64,000 bases of DNA, from NCBI RefSeq assembly GCF_032062105.1, contig NW_026922592.1, positions 124,001 through 188,000 of the forward strand. The letters are read 5' to 3'. The notes below the pieces were generated by a model. The model was not told the origin of the DNA and ran no database searches. It worked only from the letters and a program-made list of their open reading frames with translations. Source of the DNA: Saccostrea cucullata. Taxonomy: Eukaryota. The translations under genes and the position numbers were made by a program. Each line of letters opens with the position of its first letter. The first letter of the stretch is position 1. Shown here one piece after another: positions 27,235 through 40,532 of the stretch.

Positions 27235-28881
27235 TGTTCTTCAAGTCAAGGACACTTATCTCACCTCTATCTATAACTGTCTTATCAGACCAAGAACGTC
27301 CGGTGGCAAAAACTGCTCGAGAGAAGACAAGTGCCACATGTCACATAAACTTTTTCATTCTGCACATTCTTCTCACTTTGCTACGTTAACGTTCTTAATA
27401 TGAAATTGTGATGAATTCCTCGCATCAAAGCAAATGGGGAATTTAACAAAAAAAAAGTTGAAAAACCGATTAAATATTTTAAGAAAAAAATAACCAACGT
27501 AATTATATCAACTTTATAATTTATTGACAAAGTCACATGTAAATATTGCATTATATAAAAATATATGATATTCTTTCATGACAAAACCCAGTATACAATG
27601 TATATACAAATAATGTTACAGGCAGTAGGACAACCTTACATGTACATTACATTATATTGTATCCTTTTTTCATGTATCAATTGTATTATTTTTCTTTTTG
27701 CATCCCACATTATATTATACATGTATAAGGAAAGGAATTTACTAAATTATATAGAACTCGTTTCCAATCCCTTTGATTGATATGAATAAACTGTTAAGAA
27801 AAACTTACATTTAAGTGTAAAGAAAAATACCTGTACATGTATCTTTTTATTTATCGGAATTTTAACCACCACAGGTGATTTTTAACTGTAGCGGAAAATT
27901 AAACAGTAAGTTATTTTGAAATTGAGTATCAAAAATTGAATTGCTCCTAAAAAAGTTATACCTGACATTATCAGGGATTTTAAATATTTTGAAACCGGAT
28001 ATAAAATAAGATTTAAGTGCCTTTCAGTTAATATTTTTCTCTATACTCGGTGATTTAAAACCAAGATCAATTACACGTGTTTATCTCCGTTAGTTATAAT
28101 TATATGTATCCTTCAAATAAGAGAGAGAGAAAAAAAAAAGTTTTTAATATATCTTTAATCCAGGATAGAATAATTCTTAAAATGAACCAATACGAATACG
28201 CCTCCCATCGTGAAATTAATTATTTGTTAATTGAATAGACCTAATATAATGAAAAGGAACAAATTAGACGTTTACCTGTCACAACATGAATTCCATTTTG
28301 TCTAGATTTAATCTCGATATCTGAAGTCAGAGTGTGTTTGTAAAGCTCGGTATTAATAATTCATCAATATTCTTCATTTATTAATAATGGACAATTAATT
28401 TGAAAACCATGCTGTGCCTTTCCTTATTTCATTATATGCGACACTTGAGTTATATTTGCTAGGACAAGGCACTCAAGGTACATTTTTCAAAAGGATAAAA
28501 GAAGACACTTTGGTCCCGTTTTATCTTCTAATGATACAAGAAATTAATCGCACAAATATTCCGTATCTGAAAAGTCACTGGTCTAAAATGATTATAGCAC
28601 CATTTTTCCATAAATGAGTAACACAATTTTAAAAATATCATAGCAAGACGCCAACAGATACACTAAAGTGGGCCTACAAATTGATCATGAAAAGGGGAGG
28701 CCAGTGAAATAATAAAAGTCAGGTTATGTTTGTTAATGCTAGCCAAGGACAGATTATGATCCAAAACAAATAATTTAATTCTTTTCAACTGAATAAAGTT
28801 TCCATTCCCTTCCAAAATTAACATATTTTCACATTTTTTTAGTCATGTCTATTCCAGAACACAACCATAAAATATTAATAT

Positions 28882-29538
28882 TCACATAGAAGAGCCACGT
28901 TCTAGAGAAAATCCTAATGAAGTTTCCGCCCTTTTGTATGACGACAAATCACTCACAAATTCACCCCGTTTTCTCAGTTTTCCGGTCGTTTTCGGACGCA
29001 GCGCACTCCATCCCACGTTCCTGTCGTATTTCTCCGCGGGTTGAGACCGGAAGTCCTTCCGCAGTTCTAGAGAGATCAGAGATTTTTCTAGATTTCTCGC
29101 GACCTCAAGCCGTCTCCTGAGCGGATAATTCATATGTACGGTTCGTCCGTGCTTGGCTTGTTTGTTAGGATAACACACCGCATCCTCTCCTTGAATATCA
29201 ATCACGGGAGCGGAAGTGAAGACGGCTCGTTTCCGGCCCGTGGTGGTGGGTTTGTTTGTGAGAAATTTGCTGTCCAGACAGACGTTGTGTATCTCTATTC
29301 GTGTTCCATGGGAAGGTAATGACGTCATTGAATTTATTTTGTCCGGCGGCACAAACTTTGGAGTTTTTACGTGAAGTAGAACCAGATCGTTCATTAAGTC
29401 ATATTTGTCTTTCCAATATCTCAGAAGCATCCGTCTTTTAGAATCGTTTATTTTGTGTTCAGCTTCCTTCAGTTTGTACTCCTGTCGTTTATTGTTAGAA
29501 ATGGCATCAAAATATTTAGCACCGCTCACATCCACCAT
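28882..29538 (-). CDS. Uncharacterised intronless basic protein (218 aa) with N-terminal coiled coil
   Basis: GC-elevated ORF; first ATG at 29538 in good context (acaATGg). N-terminus aligns without gaps to the 20245-21246 product. Confidence 0.75.
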   Translation of the reverse strand: MVDVSGAKYFDAISNNKRQEYKLKEAEHKINDSKRRMLLRYWKDKYDLMNDLVLLHVKTPKFVPPDKINSMTSLPSHGTRIEIHNVCLDSKFLTNKPTTTGRKRAVFTSAPVIDIQGEDAVCYPNKQAKHGRTVHMNYPLRRRLEVARNLEKSLISLELRKDFRSQPAEKYDRNVGWSALRPKTTGKLRKRGEFVSDLSSYKRAETSLGFSLERGSSM

Positions 29539-31635
29539 TGTTACAAAAGAAATCCTTAACCGAACATTGGAAGTCACATTTTGTTTATAACTTTGTTTCG
29601 TAAAAGTCAGTTGAAACCTAAATCTCAGAATAAATAAAACACGTCCATTGTCACAAGAAAAAAATCTAAGTAATCCTTAAAGAAAATAAAACAACACTGA
29701 CCACTTATATCGATATTGTATTGTCAAGAGGCAGGTTGCGCCTGGGGTGGTCGCATCAATACAGTACAATGATAATCTCTTACGATAAGACCACTTATTT
29801 ATATAAACAGTCCTATCTCTGTCTACCGGAGATTATCAGACAGGTTCTAACACTTGTAACCAATCCGTGAAAAGCAAAATTAACAAGGTTCTCCCAAAGA
29901 TCATTTTACTGTGGTGAAGATTATGTTCTTTAAACGCCAATCTCTTTAATTGCTTTCTCAGTATTCTAATGGTTACATTGGAGGTTTAAATATTTCTATA
30001 AATTGAAACGTTTTAATTGCATTTTTGAGACGGCAAGAGCAACCGGGTATACTCTCTGTTTTCTGTGTTATTAGATGAAACGGAACATTTTAAAATGAAT
30101 GAATTGCAACATAAAAATTGCTATATTTGAAGCTAAATGGTAATAATTTTTAGTTTTCATTTCAAATGAATTACATTGTATCTAAAAAAAGGAGGATTAT
30201 TCAAATAATCTAGACGATTTTGTAAAGGAAAAATTTACTACGGCACACTAAAATGAGTTTTAAAATTAAATGTAAGTATGTGATACATTAATTTTACTTT
30301 TCATATATCATGTATGATTGTTAGAGAATAGATATCTATTAAAGTTTATATGAATTAGACAGTTAACGTTATTTATTGCAAATTACCTGTCATTTTATTT
30401 ATATTTTTTTTAAAGCATTTGACAGATTATACTATAATTTCATGATTTAGGCTACCGTGACCGGTCAGAAATAAAGGAAAAATATTTTGTGGATGTTAAT
30501 ATATTCTTATTATGCAGGTATTCTTATTAGCGTGAAAAAAAATTGATATTTTTTTTTTTAAAAACCTTTTGAAGTGGACTTTCCAATTCAGCAATCTCTC
30601 TAGATCTGAAACATTGATTTCGACACTTTGTGCACTTACGTCCATCCTTTTAAATATTCATGATAAAAAAAACCCATCTAAGCCACAGCAAAAACATGAG
30701 ACAAAATGATGAAATTTTACTTTTTTCTGAAACCATAAAACCCGAATTTTCAAATTAGATATTTGTAATACTTTAAACAAATATTTTCCAGGGGTCATCA
30801 AAAGTGAGATAAAAGTATAAGGAAATAGAAAGAAAAAGGTAGGTGCACTGCCAATTTTTTTTTTGTTCCCCGCTGAAAGTGGAGGATATTCATTTCTGTC
30901 TGTCATTCCGTTTAGCTGTCAATCTGTCTGTCTGTCTGTAACTCTTTCGTATCCACGCGATATCATATAATGATATCAGAGCTTTTGCAGTGAAAATTAA
31001 CATAACAACTCCCCGTGGACTACGAAAGAATCTTATTGGTTCTCAGGTCAACAGGTCAAGGTCATGGATTAAAAAAGTCTCTTTAACACGTTAGTTTCCT
31101 TGTAAAGCCTTTGAGCCTCTGCAATGCTATTTTGAACCACACTTTCCTATGGCATAAGGAAGATACCTAATGATTTAATGGTCAAAAGGTCGAAGGTCAA
31201 AATTGTTCATTAATATTTTCAGTCTGTGCGTAAACCTTTCAATTTCGGGTGAAATCTCAAGAAGCTTTTGAGTTTCAGATTACCAGAACAATATCTATAC
31301 CATAACTCCCTGTGGTCCCGATAGCCCTTTATTGACTTCAGTACATACATGTACATTTTATAATTCTGCAAAACGGGGTAGGGCGGAGGGGTGATTGGAC
31401 CCCCAATCTGATAATCCTTCTCAGAGTTTCCTATAACGGGATAAACAAGTTCTCTGATTTATGTTGTTCGAAAAATTTAATAACTATAAACAATATTTAC
31501 GTACAGTAAATATGCTTTTGAAACATTATAAATTTTGCCTTCAGGTAAGCTAATACAGCAAATTCTATAGTTATTGTCATGCATTATATTTCTTGTATAA
31601 CTGTTTTTTTTTTTTAAATTTTGGTTATCTGGAAA

Positions 31636-33271
31636 TCACATGAGATATTTGATTTTCATCACTTGTCTGTTACTCCTTAGAGCAACAAACAGATTTGTCA
31701 TTTGTATCTGTAAACAGTCCCCAGGGTTCATCCAGTCCACAGTTTATGTAACGGAGGAACTGTCCATCTTGGTCAATGATGTGGACACAGTCATTGTTTA
31801 AATCAGCTGTAAGGATGTGACTCTGACTGTCTGTGGTGATTCCTAGTGGACTGAATGGTTGGTTCTTTGGAGCAGGAGTATGTCCAGTGTACCTGAATCT
31901 CAGTTTCCTGGCCTGGTTGACCACCACTATTGCCTTATCTTCAGAAATACAGATATCCAGGTTTCTGTTCTCACAGATAGAATAACCACAAGTACCAAAT
32001 GAAAAGAGAGGTTTACCCATCTCATCAAACTGAATGGTTTGTTTTACTGTGGATCCAGAATAACGGACAACCTTGGATCGCTTGTAATCATCATACATAG
32101 TAACTAACAGGTCCCCATGGTGGGTTATACAAACACCGCTAGGTATCCAGTTCTGTAGTCTGATCACCTCCTCTATCTTCTCATTCTTCACCATGTTAAC
32201 AGTTTTCTCACATAAACCAGTATAAACTAGATCTCCACTTTTTGTCACTGCTATGTCATTTGGTATGTCCCCTGACTTGGTTTCGATTGACTTGAGTAGT
32301 GATCCCTGACTGATGCTGTAGAGTTTTATTGTGATGTCATTTCCACTTGTCCAGATTTCTTCATCACTCAGACAGGCCACATTGAAAAGGTAACCTCTAT
32401 ACCCAGTGTCTATAGTGGTGACAGTCTCTGGTTGATCAAGCAGCTGTTTGACTGGAGGAGAGGATCCAACTTCTGGTGACTCTGATTTTGTCATGATAAA
32501 TTTGTATTCATCCTCTTCTAAAACACCAGGCATAAATTTATACAATTGATCTTCCTGTATTTTACTGGGAGAAAATTCGGGGACATCAAATACGATTTTC
32601 TTTGGAAGTTTTCCGTATCTATCCACTGGAGACAAAAAACTGAACACCTCAGAAATATTTGTGGAATTTAAAGCATCATCGATTGAATTGATATCATCCT
32701 GGATGTCGGAGATTTTCTGCTTTATTTCATCAAAATGTTTCTGCAGAGTTTCTAACTGTTTCTTTTTAATTTCATCAGTTCTAGATTTAAGTTTATTGAC
32801 CAGTTCAGTAATTTCTTTATGCCAAATTTCCTAGTGTTTTGTTATTGCTGCCAGGAGATTTTCATATTCCTCTTGTACTTGATTTAATCTCTTTTCTACA
32901 TCACTTGCAATGCCCTTGTAAGTTGGATGGATTGTTTCATTCAATTCTGTACGTTCCCTAATTATCTTTCCTTTTCTTGTACTCACAACGTCTAATATTT
33001 TCACAAATTTATGACTTAAGTGTTGATCGGAAGCAATGCAAGTGTTACAGACAGGAATGTCACATTGAGTACAGTACATTTCACATGTTTCCACTTCATG
33101 TGACGTGCATTTAGGGTAAACCAAAGTAGACTTCCTAGCCTTGAAATCAACAATTTTATGAGGTTTTGAGAGATCAGAAGAAAAGTGTTCTCCAACACAG
33201 TGCATTTGTGCCACAGCAATCTCACACAGGCAACATCGCATCACGTCCTGGGCACTGGTACAGGGGTCCAT
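31636..33271 (-). pseudogene. B-box/coiled-coil/NHL (TRIM-like) pseudogene, copy 1
   Basis: Colinear with 36907-38577 but has a 33-bp deletion in B-box1, an in-frame TAG at 32833-32831 and a +1 frameshift near 31697. Confidence 0.85.
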
Positions 33272-35389
33272 AACCCAATAGCTCAAAAATTCTATAATAG
33301 GAACGAATACTTATAATATATTAACCATTTAGATTTACATTCTTTAACATTATACTCCATTAAAATGTTATAAGCAGGTCATCTGCCAGTTAAAGCAATA
33401 TTTGTTTAATAATAAAAACATAATATACATGAATGATCTGCTTGATATTTTTTTAAGAATGATAACACATTATAACACAATCACGTTAACATCGCTGGAA
33501 ACCAGGTTAACAAAATAGTAAACATTATATAAAATTGCCTACTTTCGTTTTCTTCGAATTGTGGAATTTAATTAATGTATGTAAATTTGATAATAAATAA
33601 ATTGTTTAAATCAAGAATCGCTGCTTCTCGAATACTTTCAAAAATATCAGTTTGTTAGATTCTTCATGCAGGGAAACAAATATAATACCTTGAATTATGA
33701 CGAATTTTGTCGCATATTATAATCGGAGGGCGTGAGTCGCTTTTGTCTATGCCGAGAGTTGTCGTTCTTTTCCTGATGGAAAGTGAATGAACGTCTCGCC
33801 TGTCTTTATCCTTAATTTTGCTTTGGAAAAAGATATTTCTTGTACATTTTTGTTTTCTGCCAACATTATTAAGCTTGATTAAGTTACAAAAGAAAAAAGG
33901 TAGCCTTTTTAAAGTAAGTTAATATAAAATTTTTTAAGATGACAATTTAACAAACTGAAACTTAACGTAGACCTTTTTTAAATCGTACAACTTTAGGCAA
34001 ATAAATATGTAAATGTATTGTGTGGTATCACTTGACACCTAACATACATGTATATGTTAATATTCCATCGCAGCGGGTTAGGGAATATATACATACAGTC
34101 GTTGAGAGAGCGTGTGTTGTAAACAAAATATGCACCAGTTGGAGTACAATTCACATCTTTCTATATCATGTTACATGCATTTAGGATACATTTAAATGAT
34201 TGTACCTTCCCTTGATTGAAATCAACAATATGTATCCTAAATGCATGCCTAACCCTAACCCTAACTCATATATAGAAATACAACGAACAAATGCTCGCAG
34301 AGATGAATAAAAAATGCTAAATGGACATATTAACTCCACTCAGTTGTGAAAGAAACCAAAACTGTATGTAAGCATTAACATTTGACCTTTTATTCTTCAT
34401 TCATGTAAATATATTTCTTTAAAATCCTCTTTGTCCGTAATTGGATGAAAGTCAAATTCATCCATTGACACTTTCAGGTTGGATGTTAAAAAAGATCAAA
34501 TTAAATCAGTTTATTTTTTTCAAACTCGTTGTGAGTTTTTATCTCCGAACCTCGGCGAGTTTGATAAAAATCTCATCCAACCGCTAATCATTAAAGATTT
34601 TTTTTATCCAATGTTTTATATATCACTATCAATGTTTTACACTGTTTTTTTGATATAGAAATTAATGTTCTTTATTTCACTTTATCACACTCTAACCAAT
34701 TCATGAAAAGAAAGAAGCAAAATTAACAAGGTACTCCCAAAGATAAACATGGGATTTACTGTATATGTGAAAAATGAAGATTATGTTCTATATAAACGCC
34801 AAAAAATCTAAAAATTGCTTTCTCAGTATTCTAATGGTTACATTCGAGGTTTAAATATTTCTATAAATTAAAACATTTAAGTGCATTTTTGAAACGGCAA
34901 GAGCACTGAGTATAATACACTTTTTGTTTTCTGTGTTATTAGCTGAAACGTATAATTTTAAAATGAATGAATTGCAACATTAAAATTGCATTATTTTAAG
35001 GTAAATAGTAATATTTTTCTGGTGTTCATTTAGACTATTAAAATAATCTAGAGAAGGATATGGAGATAACGAACAGTATTCAATCTCAACGTCTACATCA
35101 AACAATATACAAAAGAAGAAGCAAAAATTAACAAGGCTCTCACGTAGATCATTTTACTATGGTGAAGATTATGTTCTTTAAACGCCAATCTTTTTAATTG
35201 CTTTCTCAGTATTCTAATGGTTACATTGGAGGTTTAAATATTTCTATAAATTGAAACGTTTTAATTGCATTTTTGAGACGACAAGAGGACCCGGGTATAA
35301 TACACTCTCTGTTTTCTGTGTTATAAGCTGAAATGGCATTTTAACAATTAATATTAATTAAAATTGCAGCATTTAACTAAATGAAAAAT

Positions 35390-36410
35390 TGTATTTATTT
35401 ACAAAGTATTGTATAAGTGATAATATAACCATTTTCCAATTATCATCAAGGGGTCTTTAAACGAGACTGTATATTGAATTCTTTTTATCAACTTGCCTGT
35501 CAATAATTTAATTTCTTTTAGAAATTGTGTCCATACTGTCTGTCTAAAACACTCTTGCGTATCGAATATCTCAAAGGAGCTTTTGAGATATATAACCGTA
35601 TGTAGGTGATAACCATATATTTTTGCATAAGTCAAATGGAAGTGGACGATTAAAATAAGTTAAAGTCATCACGTTTATCATATAACTTTGATGTTAGAAT
35701 TACCATTAGTGTCTTTTTGTAAAATATCCAAGTATGCCAAAAGAGAGATGTTTTATATCAAGCTCAAAAGGATATATCAGGTAAGGTCGTAAATGGAATA
35801 TATATAATTATTAATTGACAGATACGTAGTAGGATATATGCCTTGAAAAATGTATGATAATTTTGCCACAGCAAGCGTTTTGGTTTTAAATGCATAAATT
35901 TTGCATAAATTCTGATTTTTTTCATATGAATATAAAAATAAGTCTGCTAATAAGACATGATTTTGCAAAATGTTATCCAAAATTTTGATCTCACAATAGA
36001 TTGTTGGAATACCTGATGCAAAAACCACATAGATATTGTCAATCAGAAAAAGCATCTTCTTGATATTTTAACTTGAAAAAATACTTCCTATGTGTGCAAT
36101 CTGAATGTTGCATAACAAAATAATTTTTCAAATGACCAATGACGAGGTAAGTCAAAAATTAACAATTCAAGAGATTTTTGTTCACAGAAGCAGCTGTCAA
36201 TGATATAAAACAAAGCCTCGATTTTAATTTGTTGTCGCAAAAAATATGATTGTGTATAAATTGAAAAGTCACGTAAGTTTTTAAGCTAATTTGATTTTTG
36301 TAAAGTCTTGTGATTTCAAATTGTCCAAAACTGCACAGAATTTTTCATCTAACAAGGCTGATTTACAGTTGACTTCTTGAATGTATAGTTGCACAGTACT
36401 CTTGAAGTCG
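35390..36410 (-). mobile_element. Degenerate Penelope-like retroelement RT fragment
   Basis: Frameshifted remnants FLIDNIYVVF..GIP..LLADLFLYSYE..LSINN and LDNLKSQDFTKI. Related terminal fragments at ~35063-35140, ~54506-54610 and ~59478-59620. Confidence 0.65.
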
Positions 36411-36906
36411 ATTTTTAAAGGGAAACATCTACTTAAAACACTAAAATGAGTTTTAAAGTTAAACGTAAGTACGTGATACATTCGATTTACTTTTCATCTA
36501 TCATGTATGATAGTGCGTAAACCTTTCAATTCAGGGCGAAATCTCAAGAAGCTTTTGAGTTTTAGAGTAAATATCTATACTCTTTCTCCTACTGTCCCGA
36601 CAGCCCTTTATTTACTTCAGTACATACAATTTATAATTCTGCAAATCCGGGGAAGAGAAGATGGGGTGATTTGATCCCTTACCTGATTATCCTTGTCAGA
36701 TTTTCCTTTAGTGGAATGATCACGTTTTCTGAATTATCTTGTTAAATATATTTGATAGAGATAAAGAATATTCACGTACAGTAAATATTTTTTAAATACA
36801 TAATATATTTGCATGCAGGTAAGGTAATATAGCAAACTTTATAGTTGTTGTCATTTATTACATTTCTTGTATTACTAATCTTTTTTAAATTTTGGTTATC
36901 TGGAAT

Positions 36907-38577
36907 TCACTTCAGATATTTGATTTTCTTAACTTGTCTGTTATTACACTGAGCCACAATCAGATTGTCATTTGTATCTATACATAGTCGATAGGGAGAA
37001 CTCAGTCCACAGTCTATGTAACGGAGGAACTGTCCATCCTTGTCTATAATGTGGACACAGTGATTGTTCTCATCAGTTGTAAGGATGTGACTCTGACTGT
37101 CTGTGGTGATTCCTCGTGGATTGAATGGTTGGTTCATTGGAGCAGGAGTATGTCCAGTGTATCTGAATCTCAGTTTCCCGGCCTGATTGACCACCACTAC
37201 TGCTTTAGCTCCACTGTCGGACACACAGATATCAAGGTTTCTGTTCTCACAGATACAATTATCAAAAGTACCAAATGAAAAGAGAGGTTTACTCATCTCA
37301 TCAGACTGAATAGTTTGTTTTTCTGTGGATCCACAGTAACGGACAACCTTGGATTGATTGTTATCATCATACATAGTAACCAACAAGTCCCAATTGTAGG
37401 TTATACAGACACCGCTAGGTCTCCAGTTCTGTAGTCTGATCACTTCCTCTATCTTCTCATTCTTCACAATGTTCACAGTTCTATCATAGTAATCAGTATA
37501 AACTAGATCTCCACTTTTTGTCACTGCTATGTCCTCTGGTCCGTTCCCGGACTTGGTTGCTACTGATTTGAGTAGTGATCCCTGATTGATGCTGTAGAGG
37601 TTCATGACATTGTCATTTCCACTTGTCCAGATTTCTTCATCACTTAGACAGGTCACATTGTAAAGTACTCTATACCCAGTGTCTATGGTGGTGACTGTCT
37701 CTGGTTCATCTAGCAGCTGTTTTACTGGAGGAGAGAATCCAGTTTCTGGTGACTCTGATTTTGACATATTAAATTTGTATTCATCCTCTTCTAAAACACC
37801 AGGCGTAAAATTATACAATTGCTCTTCCTGTATTTTATTGGGAGAAAATTTAGGGACACCAAACACGATTTTCTTCGGAAGTTTTCTGTATTTATTCATT
37901 AGAGACAAAAAACTGAACACCTCAGAAATGTTTGTAGAATTAAAAGCATCATCGATTGAATTAATATCATCCTGGATGTCAGATATTTTCTGCTTTATTT
38001 CATCAAAATGTTTCTGCAGAGTTTCTAACTGTTTCTTTTCCATTTCATGAGTTCTAGATTTAAGTTGATGGACCAGTTCTGTAATTTCTCTGTGCCAAAT
38101 GTCTTCTTGTTTTGTTATGACTGCCAGGAGATTTTCATATTCCTCTTGTAATAGATTTAATCGCTTTTCTGCATCACTTGCAATGCCCTGGTAAGTTTGA
38201 TAGATTGTTTCTTTTAATTCTGTACGTTCCTTAATAATCTTTTCTTTTCTTTTACTCAAGACTTCGATAATTTTCACAAATCTATGACCTAGGTGTTGAT
38301 CAGAAGCGATGCAAGTGTTGCAGACAGGAATGTCACATTGAGTACAGTACATTTCACATGTTTCCACATCATGTGACGTGCATTTAGGATAAATCAAAGT
38401 AGATTTCCTGGCCTTGAAATCAACAATTTTATGAGGTTTTGAAAGATCAGTAGAAAAATGTTCTCCTACACAGGTCTTACACAGGTTGACAAGACATGTA
38501 TCACAGTGCATCTGTACTACAGCAGTCTCACACAGGTCACATCGCATCACGTCCTGGGCACTGGTCCGGGGGTCCAT
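36907..38577 (-). CDS. RING-less TRIM-like protein: 2 B-boxes, coiled coil, NHL beta-propeller (556 aa)
   Basis: Intact single-exon ORF: CDLC..HCDTC..LCKTC..H and CTSH..CEMYC..C..C..C..H..H B-boxes, heptad region, NHL repeats ([18 protein letters not shown]). 5'UTR intron with acceptor at 38600-38598 and donor near 38831. Confidence 0.92.
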   Translation of the reverse strand: MDPRTSAQDVMRCDLCETAVVQMHCDTCLVNLCKTCVGEHFSTDLSKPHKIVDFKARKSTLIYPKCTSHDVETCEMYCTQCDIPVCNTCIASDQHLGHRFVKIIEVLSKRKEKIIKERTELKETIYQTYQGIASDAEKRLNLLQEEYENLLAVITKQEDIWHREITELVHQLKSRTHEMEKKQLETLQKHFDEIKQKISDIQDDINSIDDAFNSTNISEVFSFLSLMNKYRKLPKKIVFGVPKFSPNKIQEEQLYNFTPGVLEEDEYKFNMSKSESPETGFSPPVKQLLDEPETVTTIDTGYRVLYNVTCLSDEEIWTSGNDNVMNLYSINQGSLLKSVATKSGNGPEDIAVTKSGDLVYTDYYDRTVNIVKNEKIEEVIRLQNWRPSGVCITYNWDLLVTMYDDNNQSKVVRYCGSTEKQTIQSDEMSKPLFSFGTFDNCICENRNLDICVSDSGAKAVVVVNQAGKLRFRYTGHTPAPMNQPFNPRGITTDSQSHILTTDENNHCVHIIDKDGQFLRYIDCGLSSPYRLCIDTNDNLIVAQCNNRQVKKIKYLK

Positions 38578-40532
38578 GACTCACTATCTCAGAGACTCTG
38601 TAATTAAAAAAAAAGTATATTTACCTCTTTTACATTATACTCAATTACACTTATAAAATGGGCGTACATGTTTTTCAGTTAAAGCAATATTTATTCAATA
38701 ATGAAAATTAAAACAATATACATGAATGGTTCGATAAACAGTGTACATGTACCACTATCATGTTAACATCGCTAGAAGACAGGTTAATTAAGAAAATAGT
38801 AAACAGGTAAACAACGTATAAAATGGCCTACTTTCGGTTTATTTCGAATTATGGAATTTAATGCAGGTAGATTTGATGGGTACTAAATAAATTGTCTGAC
38901 TTAAGAATCGCTGCTACTTGAAATCTTTCTAAATTATCAATTTGTTTTAGATTCTGCACACAGAAAAACAAATACGTACCTTGATTATGTTAGAAATCGT
39001 TCCAATTTCTAACAAGAGAGTGCGGGTGGCAAAACAATTTGTCTTTACTAAGAGTTGTCGTTCTTTTTCTGATCGCCCGTCTTCATTCTTAATTAACAAA
39101 GATATTTCTTGTCAGATTTTGTTTTCTGTCAACACTATATAGCTAAATTAAAACACATAAGAACACGGGTAATTTTTGATATGGTAGTTAATTTTTGATT
39201 ATCAAAATAACAATTAAACAATCTGGCAGTTAGGGGATTTCAAATTGTACAACTTAAGTAAGGATATGTAAGGTATCTACGGATATTAGACTCTACTTGT
39301 CTAAAGTTGTCGATTTTAAGCAAAGAAAGCTACATTCACTTTAATGTATCCTAAAACTTGTCATATAATTCTGAAACATCGCGAACTTTTGTGACATTGT
39401 GTATGCAACACCAAATTTTATAATATTTTCCCCATTACATTGTCTTTATGACGGGTTTTCAGGCTTTTTTTAAAATATAAAACCATTGATGCAGATTCTT
39501 TTGGAGCATTTGAATTACATAAATAAAAAAGGAAATTTGGCGTCCATGTATACAATTTTGGCATTCACATTTTTTCGTTTCCTGATTTTTTTGTAAAGGT
39601 GGGTTTATACTCTTCTGATTTCAAGCAACTGTTTATAATTTTCAATGACATTATTGTAAAAATATAATAAACAAATAATAAAATATCTTAACCCAACTCA
39701 GTCTGTATGATGTGAAAGAAACCAAAAGCTGTATGTAAGCGTTAGCAAAAATTGAAGAATAAAAAAGACTAATTAAATATTAAATTAACTTTCCAGGTAT
39801 GGCTTCATATACAGTCTATTCTGTCTTTGTTCCTTTATTCAGGTTGCATTTAATGATTAGAGTGCATTGTTACAGAACATAAACAAATTTATAGCGATTG
39901 CAGCCAGCTCCGCTTAAATTGACTGAGCTCTGAAAGCAATATTTATCTAATTTGGACTTGACACATTGATCCAAATGAATTTTTTCCGCTGACCTTTCGA
40001 CAAACAATGTAAGACGTACACATCTCGTAATGGCAACAAATATTCACTAAATAATAAACTCTTTTATGGCACGCCGATGGGTTCAAAAATATTTTCTGCA
40101 CGACCTTAAACAAAAATTACACGAGCAAGTCAAAACTTACACAAAGTGCGGAAAATACACACAAAGTTATTGAAATTTACACAAACTATACAAAAACTAC
40201 ACAATCAAGAAAATATTTACACGATATAATGAGCAAATTACGCAAACGTAAAAACGAAAACTGCACAAGTGAGAATACAACATCGACATAATATACGGCG
40301 CATCCTCATTGCGCACATTTCATTAATATTCATTAGAGAACAGCTCAATGTGGTTTGGATGCTTGAAACGTTATAAAACAAGAGGATGAGTAATGTGTTA
40401 ACAATATTTTATTCAATCTTTTAAAAAAGATTCAGTCTTTCAGAATTACCCTAAACTCTCAAGTTGTGCACATTGTGTTTTATAAATTTAAAAATTGACA
40501 GGTACACAATATGCATATAGATTAACACCCCT

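Noticed and set aside
37679-38050. Antisense ORFs over the TRIM-like genes (also 63045-63499)
   Set aside because: Shadow frames of the coding strand.
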